From NCBI GenBank assembly GCA_034780895.1, contig JAUZTB010000107.1:24714618-24778617 (forward strand): a stretch of 64,000 bases of DNA, read 5' to 3'. The notes below the pieces were generated by a model, which ran no database searches, was not told where the DNA came from, and saw only the letters and a program-made list of their open reading frames with translations. Every line of letters starts with the position of its first letter. Positions within the stretch are counted from its first letter, which is position 1. This document shows positions 12,570 through 24,817 of the stretch, in pieces. The position numbers and the translations under genes are program-made. The DNA comes from Rhynchobatus australiae (lineage: Eukaryota).

Positions 12570-13510
12570 AATCAATGGTGAATCCCTTCTGGTAAAGTTG
12601 AGTTCCAAGAGTTTGATGCAGTGATGGTAAAGGGCTGAAGATATATTTTCAAGCCAGGATGATATATGACTTGGAGGGAAAATGCAACAGTAATTTTTCC
12701 TCTGCCTTTGTCATTATAAGTGGTAGAGGTTGTAGATTTAGAAGGTACTGTTGAAGAAGCCTTGGTGAATTGCTGCAGATAGTACACAGATAACCTCTTT
12801 GGTGAGTTGGTGCCAATTAAGAAGGCTGCTTTTTCCTGAATGTGCCAAATTTCTTGAAAGTTGTTCTATCTGGATTCATTCAAGCAGAAAGGGAATATTG
12901 TAATTCTGACTTCTGATTTTGGGAGAAGGGTTTGGAGACAGGGTGCTGAGTCATTCACCACATCATTTCCATTTATGCATCAGGTCCAGCTAAACCTCTT
13001 GTTAGTGGTGATCCCAGAAAGATAATTGTGAGGATTTTGATAATGGTAATCTTATTGAATATCAGAAGGATGTGCTGAAGATGGTCATTGGCTTGCAGTT
13101 GTGTGCTACAAATGTTGTGTATCAGTCCATGGCTAAATGTTCCCAGGTCTTCCTGCATGAGGATGTGGACGGCTTCATTATCTGAAGAGTTGCAGATGTA
13201 ACTGAGCACTATGCAAACATCATCCAGCTTCTGACCTTGTGATGCATGGAAGGTCACTGATGGATCAATATAATAATAAAAATAGAAAATGGTGGAAATG
13301 CTCAGCATTGACCAGAAATGTTAACTCTATTCTCTTTTCACATATGCTGCCTAACCTTCTAAATGTTTCCAGTATTTTCTGTTTTTATTTCAGATTTCTA
13401 TCCTCTGTAACATTTTGCTTTTGATTCAATATACAGCAGTTAGACCCCATCCTGAGGAACTCTTGCACCTCTGTCCTGGGATCAATGACAACTACAGTCT
13501 TCTATCTTTA
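12570..13510 (-). mobile_element. Old CR1/L2-group LINE 3' part (RT C-terminus), interrupted at ~13270-13425
   Basis: Minus-strand remnants VPQDGV (PQG motif) and KLDDVCIVLSYICNSSDNEAVHILMQEDL (FADD region). Confidence 0.65.
13270..13425. repeat. Short imperfect palindromic element (Penelope-LTR-related family) nested in the LINE
   Basis: agaaaatggtggaaatgctcagc ... tgtttccagtattttctgtttttatttcag inverted arms; same family at 18150, 29030, 48120, 52700. Confidence 0.55.
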
Positions 13511-14646
13511 TGCTGATGATGTCTCTACTGGTTCATGGAGGAGGGAGAGGAAAAGGAAATTATAAAATACGATGGAGTAGAATTTCCACATGGTTGTGTT
13601 GGCTCAAAATCAGCCAAACCAGCACAAGAGTGAACCAATTTAGAACTCAAATTTCATACAAGGGAACAGACACTCCACATTTTGTACTGCTTTGAAAAAC
13701 ACAATAAAAAGACTAGCCTTGCCCACAGAATTGACTGTATAACCTCACTCTCCACCCCCAAGATTAAATTAATCACTGTGCTGTGTCCCTGCTAATTTGC
13801 TTATTTATGGAATTTGGTTAAGAGATAGATAGAGGCCATGTTACCGAGAAGGGAGGATTTGTTTCTCAAGAAGGAACTGTGCAGGCACTCGAAACAATGC
13901 AGACTGACATAAATCGCTGATAGTTGTCAGCATGAATGGAGTGCTGAAGTGTGCTGTAATTCAGAAGAGATTATGGCATTATAAACTGATAACCTGAGGA
14001 ATAAGTAGTTGCATGTGAGAAATTGAATGTTTTTACATGCAAATAGTATTACTATTTAACTTGAGACATTTAAATTTATTACTTGTCAAAACCAAACAAT
14101 ATTCTGTATTTAAACATTTTACTTTTTATCAATACCTTCACACTTCATGGGCTGAGCCACTAATGTCCATTGTTCTGTCTGCTGTAGCAAGTACTGGTGC
14201 ATAAAGTGAGGGGGAAAAGAGGCATAGACTAAAACACCATAGTTCAAAATCAGAGTTTGATAACTGTTCTATTAAAGCAGCTTAGGAAGTGTGGGAGTGA
14301 AAGGCAGTTGAAACATTTAGCTGCTAAGTAGATTCCGATGGCCCTCATGCAAGTACTCGTGCTAATTCTGGTAATTGTAACTGCAAGGGAGTTCCTATAG
14401 TGATCTGGCAGGCAGTGAGCCATCAATGCATTTTATGCCCCTGGCTTTCCTAAAGATTGTTTGTATATGTAACAAAAGCTAATAGATTTATGCTGAACAT
14501 AAGACTTTGAATGGTATTCAAACTTATTTTGGTAATTACCAGAAATNNNNNNNNNNNNNNNNNNNNNNNNNNNNNNNNNNNNNNNNNNNNNNNNNNNNNN
14601 NNNNNNNNNNNNNNNNNNNNNNNNNNNNNNNNNNNNNNNNNNNNNN

Positions 14647-14830
14647 TGCATCAATTCTCCGACTGGAAAATGCAACTGAATGGGCGCTGAAGTCAGGGGC
14701 TTTTTATTGAAACACTGCATGATGGATCCTGATACTTTTCTTGAGCCATCATTTTTCATTTTGATACTAGAATTTTTGAAGAGCGGGGTCTTGGTGATGT
14801 TGCTTGCAGAAGAATTATCAGTCTCATTAG
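14647..14830 (-). CDS. KCNMB-like gene, putative distal tail exon of the long isoform (ANETDNSSASNITKTPLFK...FPVGELM; runs into an N gap)
   Basis: Pyrimidine-rich acceptor ...gtgtaacag; phase 1 matches the donor at 16377; frame open up to the 100-N gap; end unknown. Confidence 0.5.
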
Positions 14831-15039
14831 CTGTTACACATGCAATAATGAGAAAGAAAAATAAAAATGTCAATGCAGTATAACTTTAAGCCAACTATTT
14901 ATACAAATATTACTTCCTAACCATGCAAAATATAGTGAAAAATGAAAACCAATCAAAACTATTATTTTAAGCACAGGCATAATTCATGTACTCAAATTAC
15001 AATTGCTGGTAAAGAATATTGTAGAGCAAACTCAGAAAT

Positions 15040-15545
15040 GCCTAGTAATCACCAATGGAGTATTAAGGTCTAAATACAGTCATTGCTGAAAAGTAATTGA
15101 TGAGATTTTGAGTCTCACACTATAGAAAGGATATATTAAAGTAAAAGACAATGTACACTTTGAAGATATGAGGACTGACAAGATAAAAGGTGTGCAGACA
15201 CTTTGAACTTTAATTCATAGAACAAGGTTAAGAACTTTAAAAGAGCTTTCAAAATTATGACAAGTTTTGGAAAGGTAAATACAAGTCATTATTTCTATAG
15301 TTCAGTGAATTTGGACATCAATTCAAAATTAGCGCATGAATCATTAAGGGTTATTAAAACTTGGAATGCATTACAATAAAGTACGGAAATCAGTCAATGC
15401 AGATTTGAAGAAGGAACACACACACACACAAAAGAAACATATTTATAAGAATGGGGAAATGAGCAGGAAATGGTATTAGAATTGATGGGCCCACTGAGAA
15501 AGTCAGCAAGCAATATACTTGATGGCTTTATAGCTTTTCTTTTTA
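15040..15545 (+). mobile_element. Highly degenerate CR1 3' fragment
   Basis: cacactatagaaaggatata and aacttggaatgcattac resemble the CR1 ORF2 C-terminus and 3' UTR. Confidence 0.45.
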
Positions 15546-16376
15546 CCAACATTTTGATGAGCCCAATCAAATATAGTTCAGAACAGTGAGCCAGAACACA
15601 TGTGAAGCACTTGGTAAGTGGTTGAGTGTTTCACATCTGGTGGGTAGGGAAAAGAAGTATAATAGAACTAAGACCGCAAGAATTCTAACAGTTGCTAACC
15701 AACTGGAGAACAATTCTACCAGTGTGCCTACAACTCATATCTTGCCTTGATCTACAAGAACATGAGACACTTGAGAGGCAGGAAAGATCTTATAAATTAA
15801 AAACAAGACATTGATTGAGATGGTTGATAGTAAGTTTCTGATTTTATATATTTCAGTGCATAAGCATTTTAAAATCAATCAGAAAATAGTTTAGTACTGA
15901 TGACCTTGCATCTCACTAGTCACGTGCAATGTCCTCCAGTGGTCAGCATGAAGTGATTTGCAACATAGTTTTCTTCAAGCTAAAATGAATACCATCTCAT
16001 GACTGATGGATTGATTCAAGAAAGAAAAACAAGTCTTATATTCCATTTTTCAACAACAATTTCACAGCTAAAACTAATTCAAAATCAAAATTTCATTTGA
16101 TGAAGTGGAAGATCAAAACCTCAAATTAACAATGAAGCTGGGGACTAACTTACATTGTCAGAGCAATGGAGAAATATTCTTCTCTCTCTCTCTCAAATTA
16201 TAATTAATTGCCAAATGAAAGATAGCAGTTTAGTGAAAGTAAAGTTCTTTTGTTGTGCCTCAGCTAAAATAAATATAGAACCAAGCTACTCGTGTTAAAA
16301 CCCTTAGACTGTTTTTGTAGGTGACAATAACCCATTAACTTTTCACAAGAAAAAAAAGTACTTATTAGTTACTAAC

Positions 16377-16644
16377 CTGGACCTCCTGTAATGCTCATGT
16401 TGCTGGTATTACAGAAGGGAGGTGTAGGAATGGCATTGGGACTATTCTTCTGGTTAACTATGCAGGCCTTGGGTGGGGTACACTTCAGAATATTATTTTC
16501 AAACGAGGCTTGCAGGCTGATGGCCTGTGTCTGATGATCTTTGTTCTTATCCTCTGCAGGCTTTGGAAAATCTTCATTTGAACATCCAGTTGTAATAGTT
16601 GGTATTCTACTGAGGATCTTGGGTAAATCATTAACACTCTTCTG
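16377..16644 (-). CDS. KCNMB-like gene, putative tail exon of the long isoform (QKSVNDLPKILSRIP...NMSITGGP)
   Basis: NAGNAG acceptor ttttccaatgctcag/cag, 268 nt open frame, donor CAG|gttagt; phase 0 to 1, consistent with both neighbours. Confidence 0.55.
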
Positions 16645-16962
16645 CTGAGCATTGGAAAACATGAGCAATGAATCCAGAGCACAGTTGAAGTTTGGATGGT
16701 GTTGGACTTGCCGACGGATCCATTTTGAGAGCCCTATAATTAAACAAANNNNNNNNNNNNNNNNNNNNNNNNNNNNNNNNNNNNNNNNNNNNNNNNNNNN
16801 NNNNNNNNNNNNNNNNNNNNNNNNNNNNNNNNNNNNNNNNNNNNNNNNNNNNNNNNNNNNNNNNNNNNNNNNNNNNNNNNNNNNNNNNNNNNNNNNATCC
16901 AATGAGAATGAGAATTATAATCCAAAAGTTTTAGCTCTTCAAGTTCATGCTTCCATTTTAAT

Positions 16963-17332
16963 TTATACCCTGGTTTCATTCATGACTGTAAATGGGCGAA
17001 ATGGTAGAATGCTCTGGCGAAAGTTATGTCTTCTCGAAATACTGCTAAAATAATGGTCTATCTCTTGTTCTGATATTCCAAAATCCATAGTCTCATGAAG
17101 TGTATTCCATTCTGTTTCACTGTCTATAACCTCTTCTTCCTGTGGCACATAAATATTGGAATAGGCAGATTGTGGCCTTCGCTGAGTATATTCGGTAACA
17201 GCTAAATCCATGTGTTCAAGATTCAAAAGGTCCTGTTCCGTCCAGAAAACAGTTGGTGGATGGCTCCGAGATGCTTCAGCTCTGGGTGTTGAGGCAGTGT
17301 GATCTTCCGAAACATGGTCCAAACAGGTACAA
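16963..17332 (-). CDS. KCNMB-like gene, cytoplasmic tail exon (SCTCLDHVSEDH...PFTVMNETRV*)
   Basis: Acceptor tttccatctctttgcaaaag; phase 2 matches the TM2 exon; 122 open codons to TAA at 16963-16965, or a weak donor AGG|gtataa after 16969. Confidence 0.75.
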
Positions 17333-17430
17333 CTTTTGCAAAGAGATGGAAAAATTACTTAAAGGTATACAAACATCAACAAATGCCTGGTAGAATGTTT
17401 TCAGTATCAATAACCTATTTGTAATGTAAT

Positions 17431-17688
17431 GGATGGGAAGTTCAAGGGAGATGTCAGAGGGAGGTTTTTCACCCAGAGAGTGGTTGGTGCATGGAATGCG
17501 CTGCCTGGGGTGGTGGTGGAGGCTGATACATTGGACAAGTTCAAGAGATTGTTAGATAAGCATATGGAGGAATTTAAGATGGAGGGATATGTGGGAGGAA
17601 GGGGTTAGATAGTCTTAGTCTAAAGGGTGGCACAACATGGTGGGCAGAAGGGCCTGTATTGTGCTGTATTGTTCTATGGTTCTATGGT
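17431..17688 (+). mobile_element. Young 5'-truncated CR1 LINE 3' end
   Basis: Encodes FFTQRVVGAWNALPGVVVEADTLDKFKRLLDKHM; ends in ttctatgg repeats; near-identical copy at 49411-49520. Confidence 0.9.
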
Positions 17689-17899
17689 ATTAACTGCTTA
17701 TCCAAATATAAAGTTTCAATATTAGGTATGCTATACTCTTGAAATATTGATATTCTGGGAAACACTGAAATTAATCCTATCACTTTCTTTATAACAGAAT
17801 GAACTTTAAATACACGTTATAACTCCGCAACTGAGTATTGGGATTAATGGTGCTCCGAGTTCCTAATGTGGAAATCACACTACAATACATTATTGCCAA

Positions 17900-18150
17900 A
17901 GCATCTCTTTCTCACTGAAAATTAAGTATTACAAATGAGGATTCTCATTTGTTCAGTTATGATTTTTTTCTTTGTATATCCAATGTTTTGTTTCTTAATC
18001 CAATATTTCATTTTCCCTCTTTCTTTTTCTGTACCTGATCTAACATTCTTCTAACACTATTCTAGGTTACACTTCCTGGTTCAAAACAATGTATTGATCA
18101 TTTGACAATCCTTCAATCTGAATCAAGAGACACAGTGTAACTAACAAATG
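17900..18150. repeat. Unclassified interspersed repeat (second copy at ~36120-36400)
   Basis: Shared blocks tgaaaattaa.tattacaaatg.gg, ttaat.caat and tgtacctg.t.t.ac at both loci. Confidence 0.4.
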
Positions 18151-18310
18151 AAAATCAGGCATGCTGAAAGTGTGAAATTAAACTTAATACTCAGCAGGTC
18201 AGGCAGTACCTATGGAAAGAGAAACAGACTCAATGTTTCCGGTCAAAGATTCTGTTTCTCCCTTTGCAGATGCTGCCTGCCCTGCTGAGTGTTTGCCCAG
18301 TCCACACAGA
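18150..18310. repeat. Palindromic element with ~40-bp arms
   Basis: actcagcaggtcaggcagtacctatggaaagagaaacaga versus tctgtttctccctttgcagatgctgcctgccctgctgagt, with a ~22-nt loop. Confidence 0.7.
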
Positions 18311-20334
18311 TTGCAATGCCATTTAATTCGAATGTATCCAGTGCACAATCTCATACAAAATAAATGGACAGAGGCAAGTCTAATTAATGGTGGATGCCAT
18401 TTATTGACAACCTTCATGGATTTCTAGGTTAATATCTTGCTTCCATTGAAAAGTACTGATAAATATTTTAGAGAGGAAGTGTTTGCAATTAGTGGTCTGA
18501 CTTGAAGTCTGTAGGTAGTGCTGCAGTAGGAATTCCCATGCTAATTTGTTCAAAGAGGTGTCACATTATAAGACAGCTACTCTGTGCCTGTTCAGGCTAT
18601 TGCAGGTCTCAGAATCTGTAAATCCTTTCTAAAAAAAATGTAAATATGTGGGGGAGGTTTATCATTACCATTTATATTTACTGTCATTAATAATCACTTT
18701 AAAATTTTAAATTATATTTTTAGGGATTTTGTGGAAATCAAACCAGCTGAGATCCCTTCTAGAATGTAGAAGGCTTGTGTAATATACAACGTCTACCTAA
18801 AAAAATAATTTTGCATAATTTAGGGAGNNNNNNNNNNNNNNNNNNNNNNNNNNNNNNNNNNNNNNNNNNNAATTCCAAGACACAACCAATGCTCATTTAG
18901 AAAAACAGAATATTTAGGAAATATTCAAGCCTCGTTTAAAGTCACAGTCAGCATTCACAGACAAATGGACCTGAGCAATCAAGTAGGTCTAATTTACATG
19001 AATGTTAGGAAAGCTTTTGGTAAAGCATTGTACCAAAACCTCTGATAATTTATATTGTATAATAAGTCCACAATTTTATATCCACACTTTCCCCTAATAT
19101 ATTTAAATTAAAATACTTGTTCTCAGTAGCAAATCCACAACTACCTACCTGTATGCCTACATAGTTCTCACACCTGATGCTCCTGTGCTTGCATTCTCTG
19201 ATCTTCCTGTTCCTCCTCTAGTGCACAGACTTCATCCATGTTTCAAAGCATTTGACCTAAAACCTTCTAAAATCTTTGCCATCCCTTCATCACTTACAAT
19301 ATCGCTGCCATCCCTAAATCCTTCCAATATTGCTGCCATCCCTAAACCCTGAAGTGAGAAGCAGGGAACTTGGTTGTGATTTGAAGAACTGAGACGTCAA
19401 GTACAACAAACAGGAATCAAATAATACAAGAGATGGAAATGTCCCAGAAGGATAATGAATACCCCAGTAACAGCAGTTAATACTGATTAATGCCGTATAT
19501 AGTTTCTAAAATAGAAATGAGCAATATAAAAATAGATTTAAATACTTAAATAATCCAATATGTTTCCAAAGCAGCACAGACATGGATATGCACTTGCACT
19601 TGGTCAAATCAAGATGTATGAATGTTATGTTTGGTGTAGCCAGTGTATCTCAGGGAGTCAACAATAGATGTTGGCCAAGCTAGTAGTCCCCATTTCCTTG
19701 AACATAAACTGCGTGCCTTATTTGGAAGTTTTAGAAAAGAAACAGGGGACTTTAAACATGAAAAATTGGAAGTGGAAATAATGCCCACTTAAGATATGTG
19801 ATTAGGTGCAGATAAGATGTTACTTCAAAACAACGAAAAAGAGCTAACAGAATGTGGTGAGTTGGGTACTATTTAGGAAAAACTGTGAAAGTTAAAGACC
19901 TCTCAGCTGATTCATGTTAAGGCTCCATTAGATAACATTGTTAATATTTATTTCATATAGAGTACTTCCATCTGAGAAAGAAAAGTCTCAATTTTTGGAT
20001 AATAGTTCTAGTATAGTGTGTGTGGTCTGTAAAAATATGAAGAATTGGGGAAAACAGATATTTTGCACCCTCATTTGTTGAAANNNNNNNNNNNNNNNNN
20101 NNNNNNNNNNNNNNNNNNNNNNNNNNNNNNNNNNNNNNNNNNNNNNNNNNNNNNNNNNNNNNNNNNNNNNNNNNNNNNNNNNNNNNNNNNNNNNNNNNNN
20201 NNNNNNNNNNNNNNNNNNNNNNNNNNNNNNNNNNNNNNNNNNNNNNNNNNNNNNNNNNNNNNNNNNNNNNNNNNNNNNNNNNNNNNNNNNNNNNNNNNNN
20301 NNNNNNNNNNNNNNNNNNNNNNNNNNNNNNNNNN

Positions 20335-20450
20335 CCCACCTTCCCTGGAACAAAGCCCAATTGTCTAGAAACATGAAGCCCTCCCTCCTGACCAACTCCT
20401 TAGCCATGTGTTTAGCTGCATAATCCTCCCAGTTCTAGCCTCACTAGCTT
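20335..20450 (-). mobile_element. CR1 ORF1 (SGNH/esterase-like) fragment next to a gap
   Basis: RREGFMFLDNWALFQGRW is typical of CR1 ORF1. Confidence 0.65.
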
Positions 20451-20479
20451 GAAGAAATGAGAAAATACTTGGCACCTAT

Positions 20480-21480
20480 TGAAAGATGTATTAGCATTTC
20501 AAACGAAGCTTGTTGGTCAGAGCAGTCAATGTAAAGAAATGGAGCAAAGGAGTGGGGGTGTGATAAGGAAGTTGCCTCACCTTGTAAAGAGCAGTGATCA
20601 CATCAGCAATATAGAGGAAATGGTATATTAGTTTGAAAGAGGTGTACATAATTGTTGTATCATCCAGTAGAACATTTTGAAGTCTAGGTATTAATGTGGG
20701 AAAAGGGAATGGCCAGATGTTGAATTTCCTGCATTTGCACAGCAAGATTCCACAGTAAAAGTAAGTGGTATGCCCAGAAAATAAAGGTGTCACACAAGAA
20801 ACCGTACATGGGGGAATTAGGGGAGGTAGTGGGATTGGAAAATAACCTGGTAAATATGGAATCTGGTCACTTAGAAAGTGTGGAGAAGGAGTGATTCTGT
20901 GAGGGGAGGGCTACCCCAGTTTCACATTGTGAGGGCAATCCTCTGCTGAGAAATGCAATTTATTTCACATGCTCTTGTATGGAAGCTGGTAATGTTAGAG
21001 TGGAAAGAACAGAATCTCGGATGTAGGGTACAAAGAAATACCAAGAGAATTGTAGTAGTCAGTGGGCTTTTAATAAATGTCAGTGGAAAGTTCAGCCACA
21101 TAAATGGGGAGGGCGGTGCCCAAGAAATAAGACAATGGCTGGATGAACCACTGGAAAATAAGGAATTGGTAGATACTGGACAACACAATGAAATGCTCTA
21201 CATCTGTGTTGGAAATAAAAGATGCAATGAGAGAGTCATCCATGTAATGGTATGTAATAGTTAAGAGAGGATGCAGGAGTTTGACTAGAATGAGAGCAAG
21301 GCATATTCTGCAGAAAGGCAGGCTAATTTTAAAACCAGAATTCAAAGGTGAGCTTGAGGTAGTGGATGAAGAATTTTTGGGAAGCTGTCCAAGGGAAAAA
21401 AGATCTTGCAGGCTGTCCTGGTGAAGGATAAAGTAAAACTAAGATATTGCCATAATGAGGCATGCACACAGTGCTGGAGG
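20480..21480 (-). mobile_element. Degenerate Penelope-like element (RT, possible GIY-YIG remnant)
   Basis: YMDD...VEHFI...SYFLG...LSTDIY*KPTD matches the Penelope RT C-terminus; YTSFKLIY resembles the start of the GIY-YIG domain. Confidence 0.7.
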
Positions 21481-21870
21481 CTTTGCAGTCATCACTAAAT
21501 ATTAACAAGCTCTTCTGCTTCCAACTGAACTAACAGTTTGCCAACTCCCAGACAGAACTTTAATTTTTTTTAAAAAAGAACTGTTTCCAATTCAGATTGC
21601 TATTCTGAATTCATCCTAGTTAAACTCAGTAGCAATTTAAATAACCTAACATAAGCAAAACCCAAATTCTTCTGTTGCCCCCTCAGCCTGTCTGACCTGA
21701 GATTGCATAGATTGTCAAGCACCACCAGGGGTAGCTATTTATGCTGTCCCGTTGCCACTTTTGCCTTAATGAACTCAAAACAAAGTCATCTCCTGAACTT
21801 TCTTACAAACCCCCTTAGATACAAATAATGTTCTGGAAAAGGTATTATGACCTGAGAATTATTTTCTTAC

Positions 21871-21974
21871 CTTCTTCTGCTGCAATCAAAGAGAATAAAT
21901 CCACCTGCAGCTCCATATCCCAATAAGCACAGAAAAGGCCACAATATGGAGTTCACCGCCATTCCCCATGTCAG
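21871..21974 (-). CDS. KCNMB-like gene, TM2 exon (LTWGMAVNSILWPFLCLLGYGAAGGFILFDCSRR)
   Basis: Acceptor atcttacag, donor AG|gtaaga, 104 nt, phase 0 to 2; NSILWP matches the KCNMB HSLFWP motif preceding TM2. Confidence 0.85.
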
Positions 21975-22624
21975 CTGTAAGATTTATATTGTCAGTGATA
22001 TAACAAGAAGAAAGGATTCAAGAGGAAAATTAATTAATAACATCTGTTCACAATGATTTAACATTCCAGCAGCTTTACCAGAACTTTGTTTTATTTGTGT
22101 GAGCAGGAGTTTGTGGTTGTTGTAATCCACTATTTACAGATTTCCATTCATTTTCTCCTGTGCAAATATTACTGCTATTTGTTTCAGAGATCTATAAGTA
22201 CAAGCTCTTGCCAGTCCAATTGCAGATGTACATGTGTCCAATACTCATAACGATGAACTGTCAATAGAGTTTATATTGAAAGCTTGCACATTGCTGTTTT
22301 GAGCCCATTGCCAACATAAATTTCCTTTCATTCTTACATCATTTCCTATGTGTTTTCCCTCTATTGTTTTACTGTGTCCTTGGCTATAGATTCTATGCTT
22401 GCATAGCAATAAAAGTATTTGTGTCTTTGGCTTCCTATATAGGAGAATGGTTGCATTTCCCGAACATCTGTTTTCACGTGAAAAAAATTACTGATAAAAT
22501 CCAATGCACTTTCTTGTATTCTATCACTCAAAAAACTATGTCAGGAATTTTTCTGAGGTTAGTTTTGAGATCAATGCCAATTTTGCCAATGTGGTTTCAG
22601 TGCATTTGTTGCTGCCCAGCCTAC

Positions 22625-22690
22625 CTGCTTTTTCCTGATCACCTCGTGTGGACTTGTGGGATTGTAGAAGCATGGAAAGGTGGTGTTTAT
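22625..22690 (-). CDS. KCNMB-like gene exon (INTTFPCFYNPTSPHEVIRKKQ)
   Basis: Acceptor ttccattttag, donor CAG|gtaggc, 66 nt, phase 0-0; FPCFYNP matches KCNMB F.CY.DP and TipE FPCYYS; NTT sequon. Confidence 0.85.
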
Positions 22691-22979
22691 CTAAAATGGA
22701 ACAGGACAAGTAATACCAATCAAAAGCTCTGAGAGATTACAGATGATCAAATACAAAATGAGAATCTTAATTTCAGGTCACCAATCACGTTCTGTACAAT
22801 ACAATAGTGTCACCTTTCCTAAAGGTTGTGTATTGTATTTATATCATTCAGAAAATATGGGAGTTAATTTAAATAAAATGTATTTAGAAGGTGATAGACC
22901 AAATTTACACTGTGCTCAAAAACATGAAATGGAATGAAGCAAAAGTATTTTATCAGGAGACAATTCGTAAGCAAGTAAT

Positions 22980-24730
22980 AAAAGGGAGGGGGTGGTTGAT
23001 TAGGACTGAATAGGAAATCTACTCTCAGAGATATTGAGTACTTTGCATATGTCTTTCCCAAGGAAGACAATGCAGCTGAAGTTGCCGTAAAGGTGGAAGT
23101 ATTGGGTAGGCAGAAAATCAATAAAAAGGAGGCACCAGAAAGGTTGGCTCCACTTAATGGCACAAGGTCTTGTTGGGATGTATCCAGGTCAATACGAGCT
23201 AGAAATTGCAGAGGTAATTGCCAGAGGCTTGTGATACAGCCTCCTGTGATACAGAGATTGTGCCAGAGGACTGGGCAAGTGCAAATACACGTGCAGCTAC
23301 TATCCTCAAAACAGGTTGTAAAGGTAAAACCAGCAGCAATAATATGGTCGGTCTAAATATAGGTGGGGTAGCTGCTGGAAACAATCATTCCAGACAAAGT
23401 GACTAGCCACTTTGGGAAATGAGGGAATTTATGCGTGGAGCCAGATGAAATGGGTGAGGGCCTAAGTGAGTACTTTGCACTGATATTCACCAAGGAGAAG
23501 GACATGGATGATGGTGAGATCAGGGAGGGGTATGTTGATATTGTAGGGCATGACAATATTAAAAAGGAAGTGTTAAGTGTCTTGAAAAATCCTAAAGTGG
23601 ATAAGTCCCCAGGGCTCAATGGAATCTATCCCAGGACACTGAGGGGGAGAAGGCAATGGAGGAGATTGCTGAGGCCTTGATAGAGATCTATAAATCCTCT
23701 TTAGGCACAGGAGAGATCCCGGAAGAGTGAAGAATAGCCAATGTAGTTCCTTTGTTTAAGAAGGGCTCTAAGATAATCCAGGGAACTATGAGCCATTGAG
23801 CCATATGATGTTAGTCATAACGAGGTCATTAGAGAAGATTCTTCGGGACGGGATTGACTTGCATTTGGAAAAGCATGGACATTAGGGACCATCGGCATGG
23901 CTTTATGTGAGGGAGATCCCGTCTCACAAATTTGATTTGAGGTTTTTGAGGAAGTGACAAAGATGAGGGTAGGACAGTGATTGTTGACTACATGAACTTT
24001 AGGAAAGCTGGTTGGCTGGTCCAGGCGATTAAGTCGCATGGGATCCATGATGAAGTGGTAACTTGGAAACAAAATTGGCTTGGTCAGAGAAGACAGAAGG
24101 GTAATGGTGGAGGGGAGTCTTTCTGTCTGCAGGTCTGTGACCACTAGTGTTCCGCAAGGATCGGTGCTGGGACCTCTTTTGTTTGTAACATATATAAATG
24201 ATTTGGGTAAAAATGTAGGTTGTCTGATTAGTAAGTTTGCAGATGGCACAAAAGTCAGTGGATAGTGAGGAAGGCTGTCAAAGGATTCAGCGGGATATGG
24301 ATCAGATGGAAATTTGGGTGGAGAAATGGCAGATGAAATTTAATCCAGATAAGTGTGAGGTGATGCATCTTAGGAAGTCAAGTGAACGAGGAAAGTATAC
24401 AGTAAATGGCAGGACCCTTAGGAGCATTGATGTCTCGAGGGATCTTGGGGTGCAAGTCCATGGCTGCAGAAAGTGACAACGCAAGTTGACGGTGGTAAAG
24501 AAGGCATTTGGCATGCTTGCTTTCATTGGTCAGGGCATTAGGTATAGAAGTCATATTGCATTTTTATAAAATATTGGTTACGCCACATTTGGAGCACTGT
24601 GAGCATTTCTGGTCACCACATTACAGGAAGAATGTGGAGGCTTTGGAGAGGGTGCAGAAGAGGTGCACCAGGATGTTGCCTGGATCAGACAGTATTAGCT
24701 ATAAGGAGAGGTTGGACAAACTTTGGATGA
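22980..24730 (+). mobile_element. CR1 LINE ORF2 (RT), frameshifted
   Basis: KSPGLNGIYPR, VPQGSVLGPLLFVTYINDL, ISKFADGTK, KWQMKFNPDKCEVMH, FWSPHYRK. Confidence 0.92.
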
Positions 24731-24817
24731 TGACCNNNNNTCATAGTCCATCTCATCGTATAAGGGAACCATTCAATAGTCTTATCACAGTGGGGTAGAA
24801 GAGACACAAGAGACTGC

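Noticed and set aside
14433-14546. Apparent C-terminus ISGNYQ...GKPGA* of the long tail
   Set aside because: The frame beyond a 100-N placeholder gap cannot be determined.
21871-22690. A single 820-bp exon of a frameshifted pseudogene
   Set aside because: Better explained as two short in-phase exons separated by an intron; the stops lie in the intron.
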